A DNA stretch of 64,000 bases from an uncultured virus (IMG/VR IMGVR_UViG_3300037067_011375) (lineage: Duplodnaviria; Heunggongvirae; Uroviricota; Caudoviricetes), in the IMG/VR virus record IMGVR_UViG_3300037067_011375, positions 62,001 through 126,000 of that record; one strand, 5' to 3'. The translations under genes and the position numbers were made by a program. Below are positions 46,016-56,452 of the stretch, piece after piece. Under the pieces are notes generated by a model that worked only from the letters and a program-made list of their open reading frames with translations, ran no database searches and was not told where the DNA came from. Position 1 is the first letter of the stretch. Each line of letters starts with the position of its first letter.

Positions 46016-47251
46016 ATGGCCGACTTTCAATTCACCGATCTAACCTATTGGGATATCCGGAATGCTCTCCCGAGTTTTCCGGCCGAAGTTATCAGTTTCG
46101 GTTTTTACGATTATCCACTGGATCCTTTCGGTGCCGACGCCCTGGCACTCACCTTTCTGGAGGCTCAAATGGCCAATTTTCCCCCGCTGTTTCTTCGCCC
46201 GACCAATGGTTTGCCCGAACGCCTCCTGACCGCTGACGGCGGTCTACAGGTTGACGTGATTGACTGTGCCGCTGCCTCCGCGGGGGTCAAGTTGTTCGAG
46301 ACGGTCACGTCGGCCGGCGGCGGCTCCGTCGAGGTGTTCAAGGCGTTTGAAGGAACCATCACGTTCGGAAAGGTCGGCGGCACCGTCAATTTCATGGGGA
46401 GTGCCCATGTCGCCACGAACTTCGAGGTCCACGACGGTGGCACCGCCCTGCTCAAGGGCCACACGACCTTGGGGCTTTCGATCGCCGATAACTTCACGGT
46501 GGCGGCGAGCCTCTTGGGCAACCTGGTGCTCAAGGCGTCGGCCGGTCACGAGATTTCTTGCACGAGCGGGCAGATCAAGATTTACACGACCACGTCGGGT
46601 GACGTTTGGCTGTCCAGCGCCGCGGTCCTAAAACTTGACGCCGCGACCAATATTGTGGCAACCGCAACCGCTGGGTCCATGTCGTTCACGGCCAACACGA
46701 CCGGTGTCGTGCGGGCCGGCGCCGCCGCCGACTTGACCCTCGGGGCCCGCGGGGTTGACGTGACGCTCAACCAGGCCGGTCAAACCAGCCTGACCGGTTT
46801 CGCCGGGACCGTCACGTCGCTGGTCGGGGCCCTCAATGACCTCCGTGGAGACGTGGGCGATGCTACTCCTTCGGCTTTGTGCGGTGAGGCGGGTGGCATC
46901 ACGCTCGGGGATGTCGTCTGCCTGAAGCACAACGGTGCGGCCGTTAGGTTGTACAAGTGCGACAACACCGACGTAACCCTCAACAAAGCCGTCGGGGTGG
47001 CGCTCAACTCGGCGATTTTGAACGCGTCGTGTCGGTACGCCACGGGTGGCAACGCCATTATCAACTCGATCACGAACGTCCCTGCTGATCAAGAAGGCAA
47101 GTATTTGTTCCTGGCGACTGGCGGTGGTGTGGTTTTGACTGCTCCAACGACCGGCACTACCGTGGTGGTCGGGGTATTGAGCAAGTCGGGCATTGCAGGC
47201 GTGTCTGAAATGATTTTCCAGCCGATGATCCCCATGACGTCCACCCCGTAA
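46016..47251 (+). CDS. Fibre-like structural protein B (second in-frame start at 46169)
   Basis: Gly/Ala/Thr-rich; the internal MANFPPLFLRP start has a GGAGG RBS. Confidence 0.6.
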   Translation: MADFQFTDLTYWDIRNALPSFPAEVISFGFYDYPLDPFGADALALTFLEAQMANFPPLFLRPTNGLPERLLTADGGLQVDVIDCAAASAGVKLFETVTSAGGGSVEVFKAFEGTITFGKVGGTVNFMGSAHVATNFEVHDGGTALLKGHTTLGLSIADNFTVAASLLGNLVLKASAGHEISCTSGQIKIYTTTSGDVWLSSAAVLKLDAATNIVATATAGSMSFTANTTGVVRAGAAADLTLGARGVDVTLNQAGQTSLTGFAGTVTSLVGALNDLRGDVGDATPSALCGEAGGITLGDVVCLKHNGAAVRLYKCDNTDVTLNKAVGVALNSAILNASCRYATGGNAIINSITNVPADQEGKYLFLATGGGVVLTAPTTGTTVVVGVLSKSGIAGVSEMIFQPMIPMTSTP

Positions 47252-47257
47252 TCCACC

Positions 47258-48124
47258 ATGGCTAACTTCCCCCCGCTTTATTTGAACCCAACCGTTGGAC
47301 TTCCTGAACGGCTTCTACCCGCGGACGGCGGCCTTGAGGCCGTGGTGATCGACGTCCCTGTTGCTGCGTCGCCCGTAGACCTATTTGCTTCGGTGACGTC
47401 ACCGGGCGGGTCCGTGTCGATGTTCTCGGGGTTCGCCGGCACCATGGGGGTCGGGGCTGCCAGCAGTACCTTGGCGCTTGCTGGCGGCCTCACCGCAGTA
47501 GGGACCGGCATTTTCGGCTCTACCGTGACGATCGGGAACACCTCGGCTACCCCCACGCTTCAATTGGGTGGCGGTGATGTTTCCAAGTACATTGACGCTG
47601 TCGGAATTGTTGGGCCAGCCGGAACACCGTCGGTTCGCTACAATGCCACGAGCCATCGCTGGCAGGGTACCGATGACGGTGTCGCCTGGGTCAATCTGAT
47701 TAGCAATGGGGCTCCGTTTGCTGACGACGTGTTGTTTGGCCCCGGCCTGGTGCTCAAACGGTATTACGCTGTCGTGCCGCTTTCGCTGGTTGGCCTTGCC
47801 ACCGACCTGGGAATTTCAGCCACGACGGTCTTGTTGAGCGCTGCAATCCGTGTGTCAACCGCCATCACGTTGGCGGGGGCTCCTGGTCCCCCACAGTCTC
47901 TTTCCTTGGGTGACGGTGGCCTGGCCACCAGGTACATTACCGTGACCGACGCGGTAGGGCCCGGCATCGCCCTCAATACCAAAGGCACGTTCAATTTCTT
48001 TATGGCGCCCACGACCGTGCCGAACGCGTCTAACTTGCTCCTGACCCTCGGGGCCGTCGCGACTGCCGGGGAAGTGGAAGTCGAACTCCACTATTTCGAG
48101 CAGACCACTCTTCCCGACGCCTAA
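47258..48124 (+). CDS. Fibre-like structural protein B'
   Basis: N-terminus MANFPPLYLNPTVGLPERLL.ADGGL is shared with the 46169 start. Confidence 0.6.
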   Translation: MANFPPLYLNPTVGLPERLLPADGGLEAVVIDVPVAASPVDLFASVTSPGGSVSMFSGFAGTMGVGAASSTLALAGGLTAVGTGIFGSTVTIGNTSATPTLQLGGGDVSKYIDAVGIVGPAGTPSVRYNATSHRWQGTDDGVAWVNLISNGAPFADDVLFGPGLVLKRYYAVVPLSLVGLATDLGISATTVLLSAAIRVSTAITLAGAPGPPQSLSLGDGGLATRYITVTDAVGPGIALNTKGTFNFFMAPTTVPNASNLLLTLGAVATAGEVEVELHYFEQTTLPDA

Positions 48125-48200
48125 CATTTTTCATTTTCTGGTGTCCCAACTGTGTAAAACACAGCCATACGGTTGTAACCCAACCAAAAAGGAATCGATC

Positions 48201-48884
48201 ATGACCAAGCTCACGCTCCTCTTTTTCCTGATTTCCGCCCCCGTGTTTGCCCAGGTGCCCACCGCACCTCCGGCCATGACACCCCCGATTGCCGCGATGA
48301 CTGCTCCGGCTCCCGCGATGGCGGCAACGACTCCGACCGCGATGGCCCCTGCTGCCATGGCGGTGCCGGTCAAGGTGAACCTGACCCCCATGGCTGCCCC
48401 GGTGGCACCCGCGGCTCCTGCCGAGCCTGTGGCGTCGGATGACCCCTCGGTCCCGAACCTCGAGACCACCGTGGCGGTTCCTGCTACCGTGGCCGACGCG
48501 ACCGCCCCCGTGACCATGTCGGCGACTCCGGTGGGTGGCAACACCCCGGCGGCACCTGCCAAGACTCCGGTCAATTGGGCCGCGATCATCACGGCGATCG
48601 GGATGGTCATCACGGCAACCTTGACGCTGTTGGGTGGCTTCGGTTATCTAGCGTGGACCAAGAATGCCCGGGTCCAGCTGATCCTCAAGGCCACCAAAAA
48701 GGGCACCGAGGCATTCCTCGCGTACGCCGAGAAGTCTCCTGCTGCTTGGGACGACATCATTGCCAAGATTCTCGACAACACCAACGCGGTCCTGCTGGCG
48801 TCCGGCCAGGACCCCATGACCGACGCCGAAAAGACCACGGCCAAGACACTGGCGACCTCGTTCAAGACGGTCGCTGGAAAGTAG
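48201..48884 (+). CDS. Membrane protein with signal peptide, Pro/Ala/Thr linker and TM helix (holin-like?)
   Basis: MTKLTLLFFLISAPVFA; low-complexity linker; TM 'WAAIITAIGMVITATLTLLGGFG'. Confidence 0.5.
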   Translation: MTKLTLLFFLISAPVFAQVPTAPPAMTPPIAAMTAPAPAMAATTPTAMAPAAMAVPVKVNLTPMAAPVAPAAPAEPVASDDPSVPNLETTVAVPATVADATAPVTMSATPVGGNTPAAPAKTPVNWAAIITAIGMVITATLTLLGGFGYLAWTKNARVQLILKATKKGTEAFLAYAEKSPAAWDDIIAKILDNTNAVLLASGQDPMTDAEKTTAKTLATSFKTVAGK

Positions 48885-48892
48885 AAATCAAA

Positions 48893-49252
48893 ATGCCCGA
48901 CACGACCGCCGCGTCACTCGACACCGGGAAATTAGCAGAAGAAATTTCAGCTAAGATCCAAGCCGCCAAAGCACCTGCTTGGAAGACGGTATTATGGTGG
49001 ACCCTGGGGATTGCGGCGGTCGTGTCGCTCATTACCATCTTGATCTTGATGATCAAGAAAAATACCTCAGCACCTGACGCGGTCAACACCATTATGGCAT
49101 TTTCCGAGGACCAGATCCGCCAGGCCGAAGCAGCCAAAAAAGTGGAGGTCGCCAAGGCCGAGGGAGTCGCCGAAACCAAAATCACAGAGATCAAGTCCAT
49201 CATGGAGATTCGTGACGAAAATGAACGTCTACGTCGCCTCATCTCACTCTAG
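48893..49252 (+). CDS. Inner-membrane-anchored helical protein (i-spanin-like)
   Basis: One TM helix followed by a charged coiled coil. Confidence 0.45.
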   Translation: MPDTTAASLDTGKLAEEISAKIQAAKAPAWKTVLWWTLGIAAVVSLITILILMIKKNTSAPDAVNTIMAFSEDQIRQAEAAKKVEVAKAEGVAETKITEIKSIMEIRDENERLRRLISL

Positions 49253-49754
49253 CGTGTCATTTTTCAGCGGCGCTGCCATTGCAGCCACTATCCTGGTGGT
49301 GGCGTGGGGTTGTGGGGCACCCGCTGGCCCCAAGGTCCCGACGTACCAGGAGGCCGAAGCTCAGGCCCAGAAGGACCTGCCCCGACATGTCCCAGCCGAG
49401 ACCACCCTGTTTGACGGTGGCATTGGCGACGCTGGTCTGGACATCCTGTTGCCCAAGGGCACGGCAGCTCCCTTTTCTGGTGCCCTTGTGGGGTCCAAGC
49501 GGTACGCCATCTACAAGGCGGTCCAGATTGACCGTACCCTCCTGATCAAGAAATACCACGCGGAAGCCCTGGCGGCCCGGACCAAAGAAATCATCCTGAC
49601 GGCCACGACCCAGGCACTCAAGGAAACGTCCAAGCGAAGTTGGTGGGAAAGGAATGCTTTGTGGGTCGGGATCGTCACGGGGGTCGTGTTGGGCACTGCC
49701 CTGACGGTCGGACTGGTCTACGGTATTACCGGGGGCGATGGAGTCAAGCAGTGA
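49221..49754 (+). CDS. Lipoprotein with a C-terminal TM helix (spanin-like)
   Basis: Lipobox 'ILVVAWGC'; C-terminal TM 'LWVGIVTGVVLGTALTVGLVYG'; overlaps the upstream gene. Confidence 0.5.
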   Translation: MNVYVASSHSSVSFFSGAAIAATILVVAWGCGAPAGPKVPTYQEAEAQAQKDLPRHVPAETTLFDGGIGDAGLDILLPKGTAAPFSGALVGSKRYAIYKAVQIDRTLLIKKYHAEALAARTKEIILTATTQALKETSKRSWWERNALWVGIVTGVVLGTALTVGLVYGITGGDGVKQ

Positions 49755-49789
49755 CACGCGAATCTTTTCAGCCATTGTTGGCCAACGCG

Positions 49790-49978
49790 ATGGGCAAATG
49801 GACTTTGTGTTGTCGAGGTCAGGGGCGCAAATGCCCCGAAATCCTCGTGCAGGACAACATCCTGAAGATTCGCGACGACGATGGAGCGGTCGTGTCAATG
49901 TCGTTGGACCAGTTCAACGACGTCGTGGCCACGCTGCAAGAAGCCATTCGATTTCGCGCCAAAGTCAGGGGCGTCTGA
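49790..49978 (+). CDS. Small hypothetical protein
   Basis: MGKWTLCCRGQGRKCPEI... Confidence 0.5.
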   Translation: MGKWTLCCRGQGRKCPEILVQDNILKIRDDDGAVVSMSLDQFNDVVATLQEAIRFRAKVRGV

Positions 49979-50364
49979 TGCTATTGTTCGCACTCCTCAC
50001 CTATGGAATCGTGTTTCTCGTGGCCGACGCCCGGATGTTCGGCTGTGACGCGAAACTCTGGAACTCCGGTGGCAACCCCGAGCAGGATTGTCGCGACGTC
50101 GGGATCCTGAAAATCCGCCAATGGTTTCTCCGGCACGATTTCTTTTCCGAACTGCTCGGCTGCTATTTCTGCACCGGCTGCTACGCGGGCCCCGTGGCCC
50201 ACTGGCTCTTAATCTATGGGCTTGGCCCCCAGTATCCCCTGTATCCCCATGGGTCGGCCGGGACCGCCGTGGTCATGACCCTGGTGGCGATGCCGCTCGG
50301 TGGTGTCGTGGCCTTCGGGATTGACTCAATCTTGTTGGCCCTGGAACCCAAGTCCAAGGATTAG
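49978..50364 (+). CDS. DUF1360-like membrane protein
   Basis: TM segments and a CxxC motif in 'FFSELLGCYFCTG'. Confidence 0.6.
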   Translation: MLLFALLTYGIVFLVADARMFGCDAKLWNSGGNPEQDCRDVGILKIRQWFLRHDFFSELLGCYFCTGCYAGPVAHWLLIYGLGPQYPLYPHGSAGTAVVMTLVAMPLGGVVAFGIDSILLALEPKSKD

Positions 50365-50368
50365 TCCA

Positions 50369-52489
50369 GTGCTGATCTCCACCGCCCAGCAGGCCGTGAC
50401 CCGCCAGATGATCGAGGGGACCAACGGGCTCTTGATCCCCAGGGGCTTGGCATACCCGCTGGACCCATTTCTGCTTGGCACGGTACGACATGGTCGCAAG
50501 CTCGGGTTTGAATATGCGATGCTGGTCCCGGATAATCGCTGGCGGCTTGCCGAGGATGCTGTCTACCTGACGGATCGCTTCATCCTGGACGACATTCCCC
50601 AGTGGCTGCGGCCAGGCGACTACATCTCGATCGGGCTGCGCGAAATGCACCGGGTCGTAGACATTTCCGACGAGACCGTCATGTTGGCGACCCGGATCAT
50701 GGCAGACCACGATGCCGGGACCTACGTGTACCACTACTCGTCGATGGCCGAGGTCGAGGGGGCCTACCAGGTTGGCCAGACCAACATCAATGTGGATTTG
50801 CCGGTTGGCTGGTTCTGCGTCCCAGGAGACGTCATTTCCATCCTGTACGCCGCGGGCGACCTTTTCCCGTCGTTCGTCCACTACAACGTCGTGACCGCGA
50901 GTCTCGTGGGGTCCACGTCGGCAACGTCCCAGTGGTTCCTGACGCTAGATCAAGGGCTGCACCGTGCCCTTGCCGACGCGGAAGAAATCCAGCTCCGGGC
51001 TTACCCAGCGTATCAGTCCCGTGCCCTCAAGGTCCCGCAGGCCGGCGTTGCGCTGGTTGGAGTAGTGGGACCCTACCTGTTGGACTGGACATCGGTTCCC
51101 TTTCTGGACGGTCCGGAAGTCTATGAGCACCAGACCGTCCAGTACCTGGACGATACGTTGGTCCCGGTAGAATCCCCGTTTATGATCCAGAAAAACGCCG
51201 CCGTCATGGACGCGCCCATCCGGGCTGACCAGTTTTTCTTCTGGGACCTGGTAGCAGGAGACTTGAATTACGACGACACCCTCGGGAGGGTCTTGGGAAG
51301 CCGCGACGCTGCTGGTTGGTGGTGGATCAAATCCACGATGGCGCCGGCCATGGAAATACCCGTCGTGGCCGCTGCCGGCATGATCATCACGGTGGCACCG
51401 GCCTCTCTGGTCGACAATGACTACTTCCTCTTGACCGACGACCTTGACACCCAAAGGATCGAATACCAGGTAACCGCAGGGTACGTCGCGACTGCCGAAA
51501 CCCCAGCGACCGGTGCCATTACCGTCGGGGCCATCCCGGTGGATAACGACACCCTCGTGGTGGACAACGGGCTCGGCACTGTCGTGATTTTTGAGTTTCA
51601 GGCAACCGGGGCATTTATCTCGGCCAACGCTACTTATCGAATCATCGACGTCCAAGCAGCAGCACTCCCGACCGACGTGGCCGTCGCGATCGAGACTGCC
51701 GTCATGGCGGTCAGGGCCGTCCTGGGGATCTCGGCCGTGAACGTCGGGCCAGTAGTCAACCTGACCCACGATACTGTGACGACCAGGGCCAACGTGCCCT
51801 TGGCTATCACGGGTGCTTGGTTAGGGGCTCCGCTTGCAGGGATGACCGGAGGTTCCCACGCGGTCGAAACCGTTGACGTGTCGTCGGCCTTGATTACCAC
51901 GGCCATCCAGGTGGCAGCCCTGACCGCCGCAGCAGTCAACCGTTCTGGGCTCCACATCACGGCCCACGCTACCGCCACGGCCCCATCGATTGCTCTTGTT
52001 TCCACGGTCCCGGGGCCTGCTGGCAATCAGCCGATCCAGGAGTTTGTCCTGGCCCCTGGGTTCCTGGTGTCCGGGATGTCAGGAGGGTTTGGAGGACGTT
52101 CCTGGTCGTTCACGATTAAATCAGAATCGGCCGCGTTGCTGCGGGTCAGGTTCTACCCGAACGCCTGGCAGGATTTCAACCTCGTGGCCGCGGTCGACAC
52201 TCCTGTGGCGGTCCAGTTGCTCGCGACAGACCAACCGGTAGAACGGATCGACATTTTGGTCGCGAGTGTGCCACCTGCAGTTCCTGGTGGCGAAATCCAG
52301 ATGACCGACTGGGGCGTCAGCCACGCAAGAATCAGGGCTCTACGCCACACCTACGTGGCCCATGTGCAAGGTGGCCGTACTTTCGCCTGCACGGGTATGT
52401 GGGCCAAGCCAGTGTGGCGGTCGCTTGACGATCTCAAACTTCCGATGAACGGCACCGGGGCGCTAAACTCCGGTTTCGCGATGGTGTAG
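50369..52489 (+). CDS. Large virion structural protein (baseplate/tail-associated)
   Basis: Duplicated 'A.G.I.......DND.....D......EF/EY' insert modules; structural gene context. Confidence 0.55.
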   Translation: MLISTAQQAVTRQMIEGTNGLLIPRGLAYPLDPFLLGTVRHGRKLGFEYAMLVPDNRWRLAEDAVYLTDRFILDDIPQWLRPGDYISIGLREMHRVVDISDETVMLATRIMADHDAGTYVYHYSSMAEVEGAYQVGQTNINVDLPVGWFCVPGDVISILYAAGDLFPSFVHYNVVTASLVGSTSATSQWFLTLDQGLHRALADAEEIQLRAYPAYQSRALKVPQAGVALVGVVGPYLLDWTSVPFLDGPEVYEHQTVQYLDDTLVPVESPFMIQKNAAVMDAPIRADQFFFWDLVAGDLNYDDTLGRVLGSRDAAGWWWIKSTMAPAMEIPVVAAAGMIITVAPASLVDNDYFLLTDDLDTQRIEYQVTAGYVATAETPATGAITVGAIPVDNDTLVVDNGLGTVVIFEFQATGAFISANATYRIIDVQAAALPTDVAVAIETAVMAVRAVLGISAVNVGPVVNLTHDTVTTRANVPLAITGAWLGAPLAGMTGGSHAVETVDVSSALITTAIQVAALTAAAVNRSGLHITAHATATAPSIALVSTVPGPAGNQPIQEFVLAPGFLVSGMSGGFGGRSWSFTIKSESAALLRVRFYPNAWQDFNLVAAVDTPVAVQLLATDQPVERIDILVASVPPAVPGGEIQMTDWGVSHARIRALRHTYVAHVQGGRTFACTGMWAKPVWRSLDDLKLPMNGTGALNSGFAMV

Positions 52490-52490
52490 C

Positions 52491-54683
52491 ATGGGTAGCA
52501 TTCCAGCCCTCAATTATACGATCCGCCATTCCCTGGACCGACTCAAGCGGCAGCACCTCTACTACGAGGAGGAAATCCTCAAGACCCGCCAGCTCGTCTT
52601 TGGAATGCCCGGGATCGTCACGACCCCGAGTTACGGGATGGTTTCTGGCACGGATCCGGCCAGCCATGTAACCGGTTCCACTGACCCGTTGGTTGTCTCG
52701 GTCAACTCGGGGGTACCCACGACCGTAGACGTGAACCCCGGGACCCTGGTGTTTCGCTCGGGGGTCTGGATGGACCTCCACACCACAGTCCGACAGATTG
52801 CCTTGGCAGACCCGACCGTCGGGGTCGCCAACGTCGTGTACGTGCAGTACCAGTTGGAAGATGCCCCGTTGTCGCTCAACGACGCCAACCAGTTGGTCGT
52901 GCCCCACACGATGCGGATCGGCGGCACCATTGATACGTCTACCCTGCCCGAATCCATCCTGGTGGCCTGCACGACCGTCACGGGCTACCTGGCGTTCTCG
53001 ACCGCGACCCTTGACGACGTCGTGCCCATCGCGATCATCACGAACCAGCAGACGTCGGGCGGAACCATTGCGATTTCGATTGACCACACCCGAGAATCCT
53101 ACACGTGGAATCGTCCGTGGTTCAGTGTCCAGGACGTGGAACACCGCGGCCATGTGGGCTCCGGGACCGTCACGGACACCAACATCCATGGCGTGGGTGT
53201 GCCAGACCTGACTGTTGGCGATTTTTCCATGATGCAGTTGCTCCTGGACTACGGGATGGTCGTGGCCGATGACCGTGACACCCCGAAGGTTCCTGGATAC
53301 CGCTGCACCGTAGAAATGGCAGCACCCTTCCTTGGACCCGATGACCTCGTTGGAACCGCCACGGGCTACCCTGGCGCCATGTATTACGAACTTCCTGACT
53401 ACCCCGTGGCAGTAGGACAATGCTGGCGAGCCTCCACGCTGGAGGTATTTCCGGCACTTCATGTCGTCGGGACCAACCGGGTGGTATTCCCGTACGAAGC
53501 ACCTCCCGGTGGCGACACCCTCTGGATCAACTACAACAGGGTACCGGCTTGCGAGCCACCGGTCAACGGCACCACGACCTTTCGGTCCAATAATCCGTCA
53601 ACCGGCGAGGTAGTGATTGCAGGCGGTGCAACGTTCACGAGTCTGGTCAACGTTGAAGAAACAATGGGTGACGCCTACCTGTTTCCTCAGCAGTACGACT
53701 TTTTTGTTGACGGCACCGGGGCGCTGCTCAAAACCCCCCAGGTGGTTTTCTGTTGGAAACGTCTGGATGATATCGGGGCTTCAATAGTCCCGACGATCAC
53801 GCAATATGGTCCTGGTCGGATCATGGTGGGGTTGTCGGGTGCTGCCGTGGGTTTCGGCACCATCCAGGTATCTATCGTAGGGATCGACACCACCGGGGCC
53901 ACCATCACGGATGTCTTGACTTTCACGGGTGGCACCTGGACCGACCCCGGTCCGCCTGGCACCACCACGATTGTGCCTGGAGCGTGTCAGGTTACCCCCA
54001 GGGTATTTGCGTCGGTCACGAACATTCAGGTATCCGACATTCCGCCCGGTCATGGTCCCAACGCCGGCATCATGGCCTGGAGCCTCCAGACCCCCACGAG
54101 CAACTATGACAAAATGAAAGACGCGATGCACGTCGCGTCTGCCACTTGGAACGGCTACTCTTTCTCCAACCTGTTGGACCGCAGGATCATATCCACCACT
54201 GTAAAGCCCGAATCCAACGAGATGGACCGCCAGCAGGACGCCTTGGCGTTCATGCTGCACGCCGGTGGTAACTCCACCGTTTACTGCGAAGACCTTCGTA
54301 GGCCCAGATACAACTCGCTTGTGGACCCAGATGATGTCTACGCTGGTGGCCTCAACTCTAACCAGCATTACCCACTGTTCCAAACTGGCAAATGGGCAGT
54401 TGGGTCTGTCGGTAACTACCAGTCAATTGCATTCCCAGTCGACAATACCGTTGCCGGGCTCGCTTGGCGAGTGTCACTACTGCGAGATGCTCGGCGTACA
54501 CCCGTAGGCTGGAATCCCACTCCTCTATTTATCGCGTATTATGGTGGTTTTTGGCATCCTTTTGTCATGACCGTGGTGGCTGGTTTGCCCGATACTTACG
54601 AATGTGTAGTGGGCGGGGTTCCGTCCAGATGTGTCTTGTACCTCCTCAACATCACGGCCAATGGTTACGTTCTCTACGGTTAA
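52491..54683 (+). CDS. Large virion structural protein (baseplate/tail-associated)
   Basis: 730 aa, beta-rich, in the same operon. Confidence 0.55.
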   Translation: MGSIPALNYTIRHSLDRLKRQHLYYEEEILKTRQLVFGMPGIVTTPSYGMVSGTDPASHVTGSTDPLVVSVNSGVPTTVDVNPGTLVFRSGVWMDLHTTVRQIALADPTVGVANVVYVQYQLEDAPLSLNDANQLVVPHTMRIGGTIDTSTLPESILVACTTVTGYLAFSTATLDDVVPIAIITNQQTSGGTIAISIDHTRESYTWNRPWFSVQDVEHRGHVGSGTVTDTNIHGVGVPDLTVGDFSMMQLLLDYGMVVADDRDTPKVPGYRCTVEMAAPFLGPDDLVGTATGYPGAMYYELPDYPVAVGQCWRASTLEVFPALHVVGTNRVVFPYEAPPGGDTLWINYNRVPACEPPVNGTTTFRSNNPSTGEVVIAGGATFTSLVNVEETMGDAYLFPQQYDFFVDGTGALLKTPQVVFCWKRLDDIGASIVPTITQYGPGRIMVGLSGAAVGFGTIQVSIVGIDTTGATITDVLTFTGGTWTDPGPPGTTTIVPGACQVTPRVFASVTNIQVSDIPPGHGPNAGIMAWSLQTPTSNYDKMKDAMHVASATWNGYSFSNLLDRRIISTTVKPESNEMDRQQDALAFMLHAGGNSTVYCEDLRRPRYNSLVDPDDVYAGGLNSNQHYPLFQTGKWAVGSVGNYQSIAFPVDNTVAGLAWRVSLLRDARRTPVGWNPTPLFIAYYGGFWHPFVMTVVAGLPDTYECVVGGVPSRCVLYLLNITANGYVLYG

Positions 54684-54692
54684 GGACTAACG

Positions 54693-55604
54693 ATGTCCAA
54701 ACAGCTACGCTATTGGGATTACGGCCGGGTTTACGATAACCTGGATTTCACCTCTGCCCAGTACACCATCCACCTGGCTGGTCCATACCGCGGCTTTGCC
54801 CTGTCGGCCAGCCTGACCGGGAACCTGGAGATCGCGGCGGGTTCGGGGGTGCTGCATGACGGCTTCGTCTGGTCCGAGGACGATGTCACACCCGTGACGT
54901 TCGTCCCTCAAGTTGCCGCGGCGGTCTGGACCGTGGTCGCGACCCATGTGAATCGCCAGATTTTCGGCGGTGAGCCGGTCCTATACGAGTTGCGCCTGGG
55001 CTATTTCGGTACCGTGGTGGACGGGGCTGTCCTGGGTTGGATCCTGTACCCCGGGGCCAACGCGGTCCTGACCACAGCGATGTGCAGGACGGCCCCGAGC
55101 CTCCTGAGCCAAGCCAACCTGTACGCCTCGATGCTGCCGGACGAACGGTTGCCTCCATTCAACGACCAGAATGGGTGCTTCACCCAGACGGTCGACCCTG
55201 ACGTGACCCTGACGTCCCTGGCGTTCGACGCAGGATTTTTCGTGGTCAACCAGACCGCCGCCCACGCGGTCCCGGGGCCTCCTGGCACCTCCGAGGTCAT
55301 CCAGCATGTCCAGTTCTACGCGGGGACGCGCCCGGCCTTTATCCGGTTGTACCTGGACGTCCCTGGGGCCGCCAGTACCGACGTGACCGTCGAGGTCTAC
55401 GATACCGCCTTGGCCCCGGTGGCCTGTACCGGTGGAGTCATCAGCAACACAGTCGGGTGGGAGGAACACGTCGTCACGGTGGACCCCACGGCCGGGACCT
55501 TCACGGTCGGGATGCCCTGGACCATCCGGGTGACCCAGACGATGGACCCGGGCCTGACCATCAGGATCGCGCGGATCCGCTGCGAGTTCTGGCCCTTCCC
55601 GTAG
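54693..55604 (+). CDS. Virion structural protein
   Basis: AAGGA RBS; beta-rich. Confidence 0.55.
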   Translation: MSKQLRYWDYGRVYDNLDFTSAQYTIHLAGPYRGFALSASLTGNLEIAAGSGVLHDGFVWSEDDVTPVTFVPQVAAAVWTVVATHVNRQIFGGEPVLYELRLGYFGTVVDGAVLGWILYPGANAVLTTAMCRTAPSLLSQANLYASMLPDERLPPFNDQNGCFTQTVDPDVTLTSLAFDAGFFVVNQTAAHAVPGPPGTSEVIQHVQFYAGTRPAFIRLYLDVPGAASTDVTVEVYDTALAPVACTGGVISNTVGWEEHVVTVDPTAGTFTVGMPWTIRVTQTMDPGLTIRIARIRCEFWPFP

Positions 55605-55611
55605 GCGCAAC

Positions 55612-56079
55612 ATGCGAACCTTAGTTAAGTTCTACCAGAATTTCACCGAGACCTCGACCAACCGGCTCGTGACCCGTACCCTGGGTAAGCTCGGGGTTGT
55701 GGACCGCGAATCCTTGGTGGCGGCCCGGACCAAACCCAGTCCCGGAGATTGGTGGTACTGTGACATCGTCCAGGAAGTCTGTGCCGGGGCTGACCGCGGG
55801 GTGTTTGTCCTGCGGCCGGTGTCAAAACTGCCGGTCCTGGAACAAGACGGGTTCTCAACCGTTGATATCCTTCACCTGGTTCCGGGGTTGTACACGAGCC
55901 AGCGGTGTCAGAACGTCATGCTGTTGCACCCCAAGCGTCCTGACCGCCACTGGATTGCCTCGAGCGATCTGCGACGCCACATTGTAGACCGCCATATGCT
56001 CCCGGGGGGCCGCTACGGGATCAACTCGGTCGTGGTGGTGTTTGACGGGGCCGACGACTGGCCCAAGAAGTACTCCTGA
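55612..56079 (+). CDS. Hypothetical protein
   Basis: Tightly packed ORF. Confidence 0.55.
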   Translation: MRTLVKFYQNFTETSTNRLVTRTLGKLGVVDRESLVAARTKPSPGDWWYCDIVQEVCAGADRGVFVLRPVSKLPVLEQDGFSTVDILHLVPGLYTSQRCQNVMLLHPKRPDRHWIASSDLRRHIVDRHMLPGGRYGINSVVVVFDGADDWPKKYS

Positions 56080-56411
56080 TGGGCAGTTGTTGTCGAGGCC
56101 GCGGGGCCACCAGGTCCGCAGGGGCACCCCAGCACCCCGACTGCCGAGACGTGGAGCAGGCCGGGGCCCTCATGATGGTGTATCCCATCTCCACCCCCCA
56201 GGGGATGCGCCTGGTCCTCAAGACGGCCCGGCACGGCCTTGTCGATATCGGGTCATACGCTGTTGCACTTCAATGCGGCGGTTCTACGGTTCAACTGCTC
56301 CGCCGCTACGCCCCAGATCTACAGAAACTCGCCGCTACCCAACCGATCAAGTTCGCCCCGTGGGTCGGGAAGGGTCTTAGCCTGTCCGATGCAGTCGCGA
56401 TGCTCCGATAA
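56079..56411 (+). CDS. Hypothetical protein
   Basis: TGATG overlap with the upstream gene. Confidence 0.5.
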   Translation: MGSCCRGRGATRSAGAPQHPDCRDVEQAGALMMVYPISTPQGMRLVLKTARHGLVDIGSYAVALQCGGSTVQLLRRYAPDLQKLAATQPIKFAPWVGKGLSLSDAVAMLR

Positions 56412-56417
56412 TCCCTC

Positions 56418-56446
56418 TTGACACCATGGCCTTGATCCGGTAAAAC
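56418..56446 (+). promoter_or_regulatory. sigma70-like promoter
   Basis: TTGACA-17-TAAAAC. Confidence 0.6.
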
Positions 56447-56452
56447 CATCTT

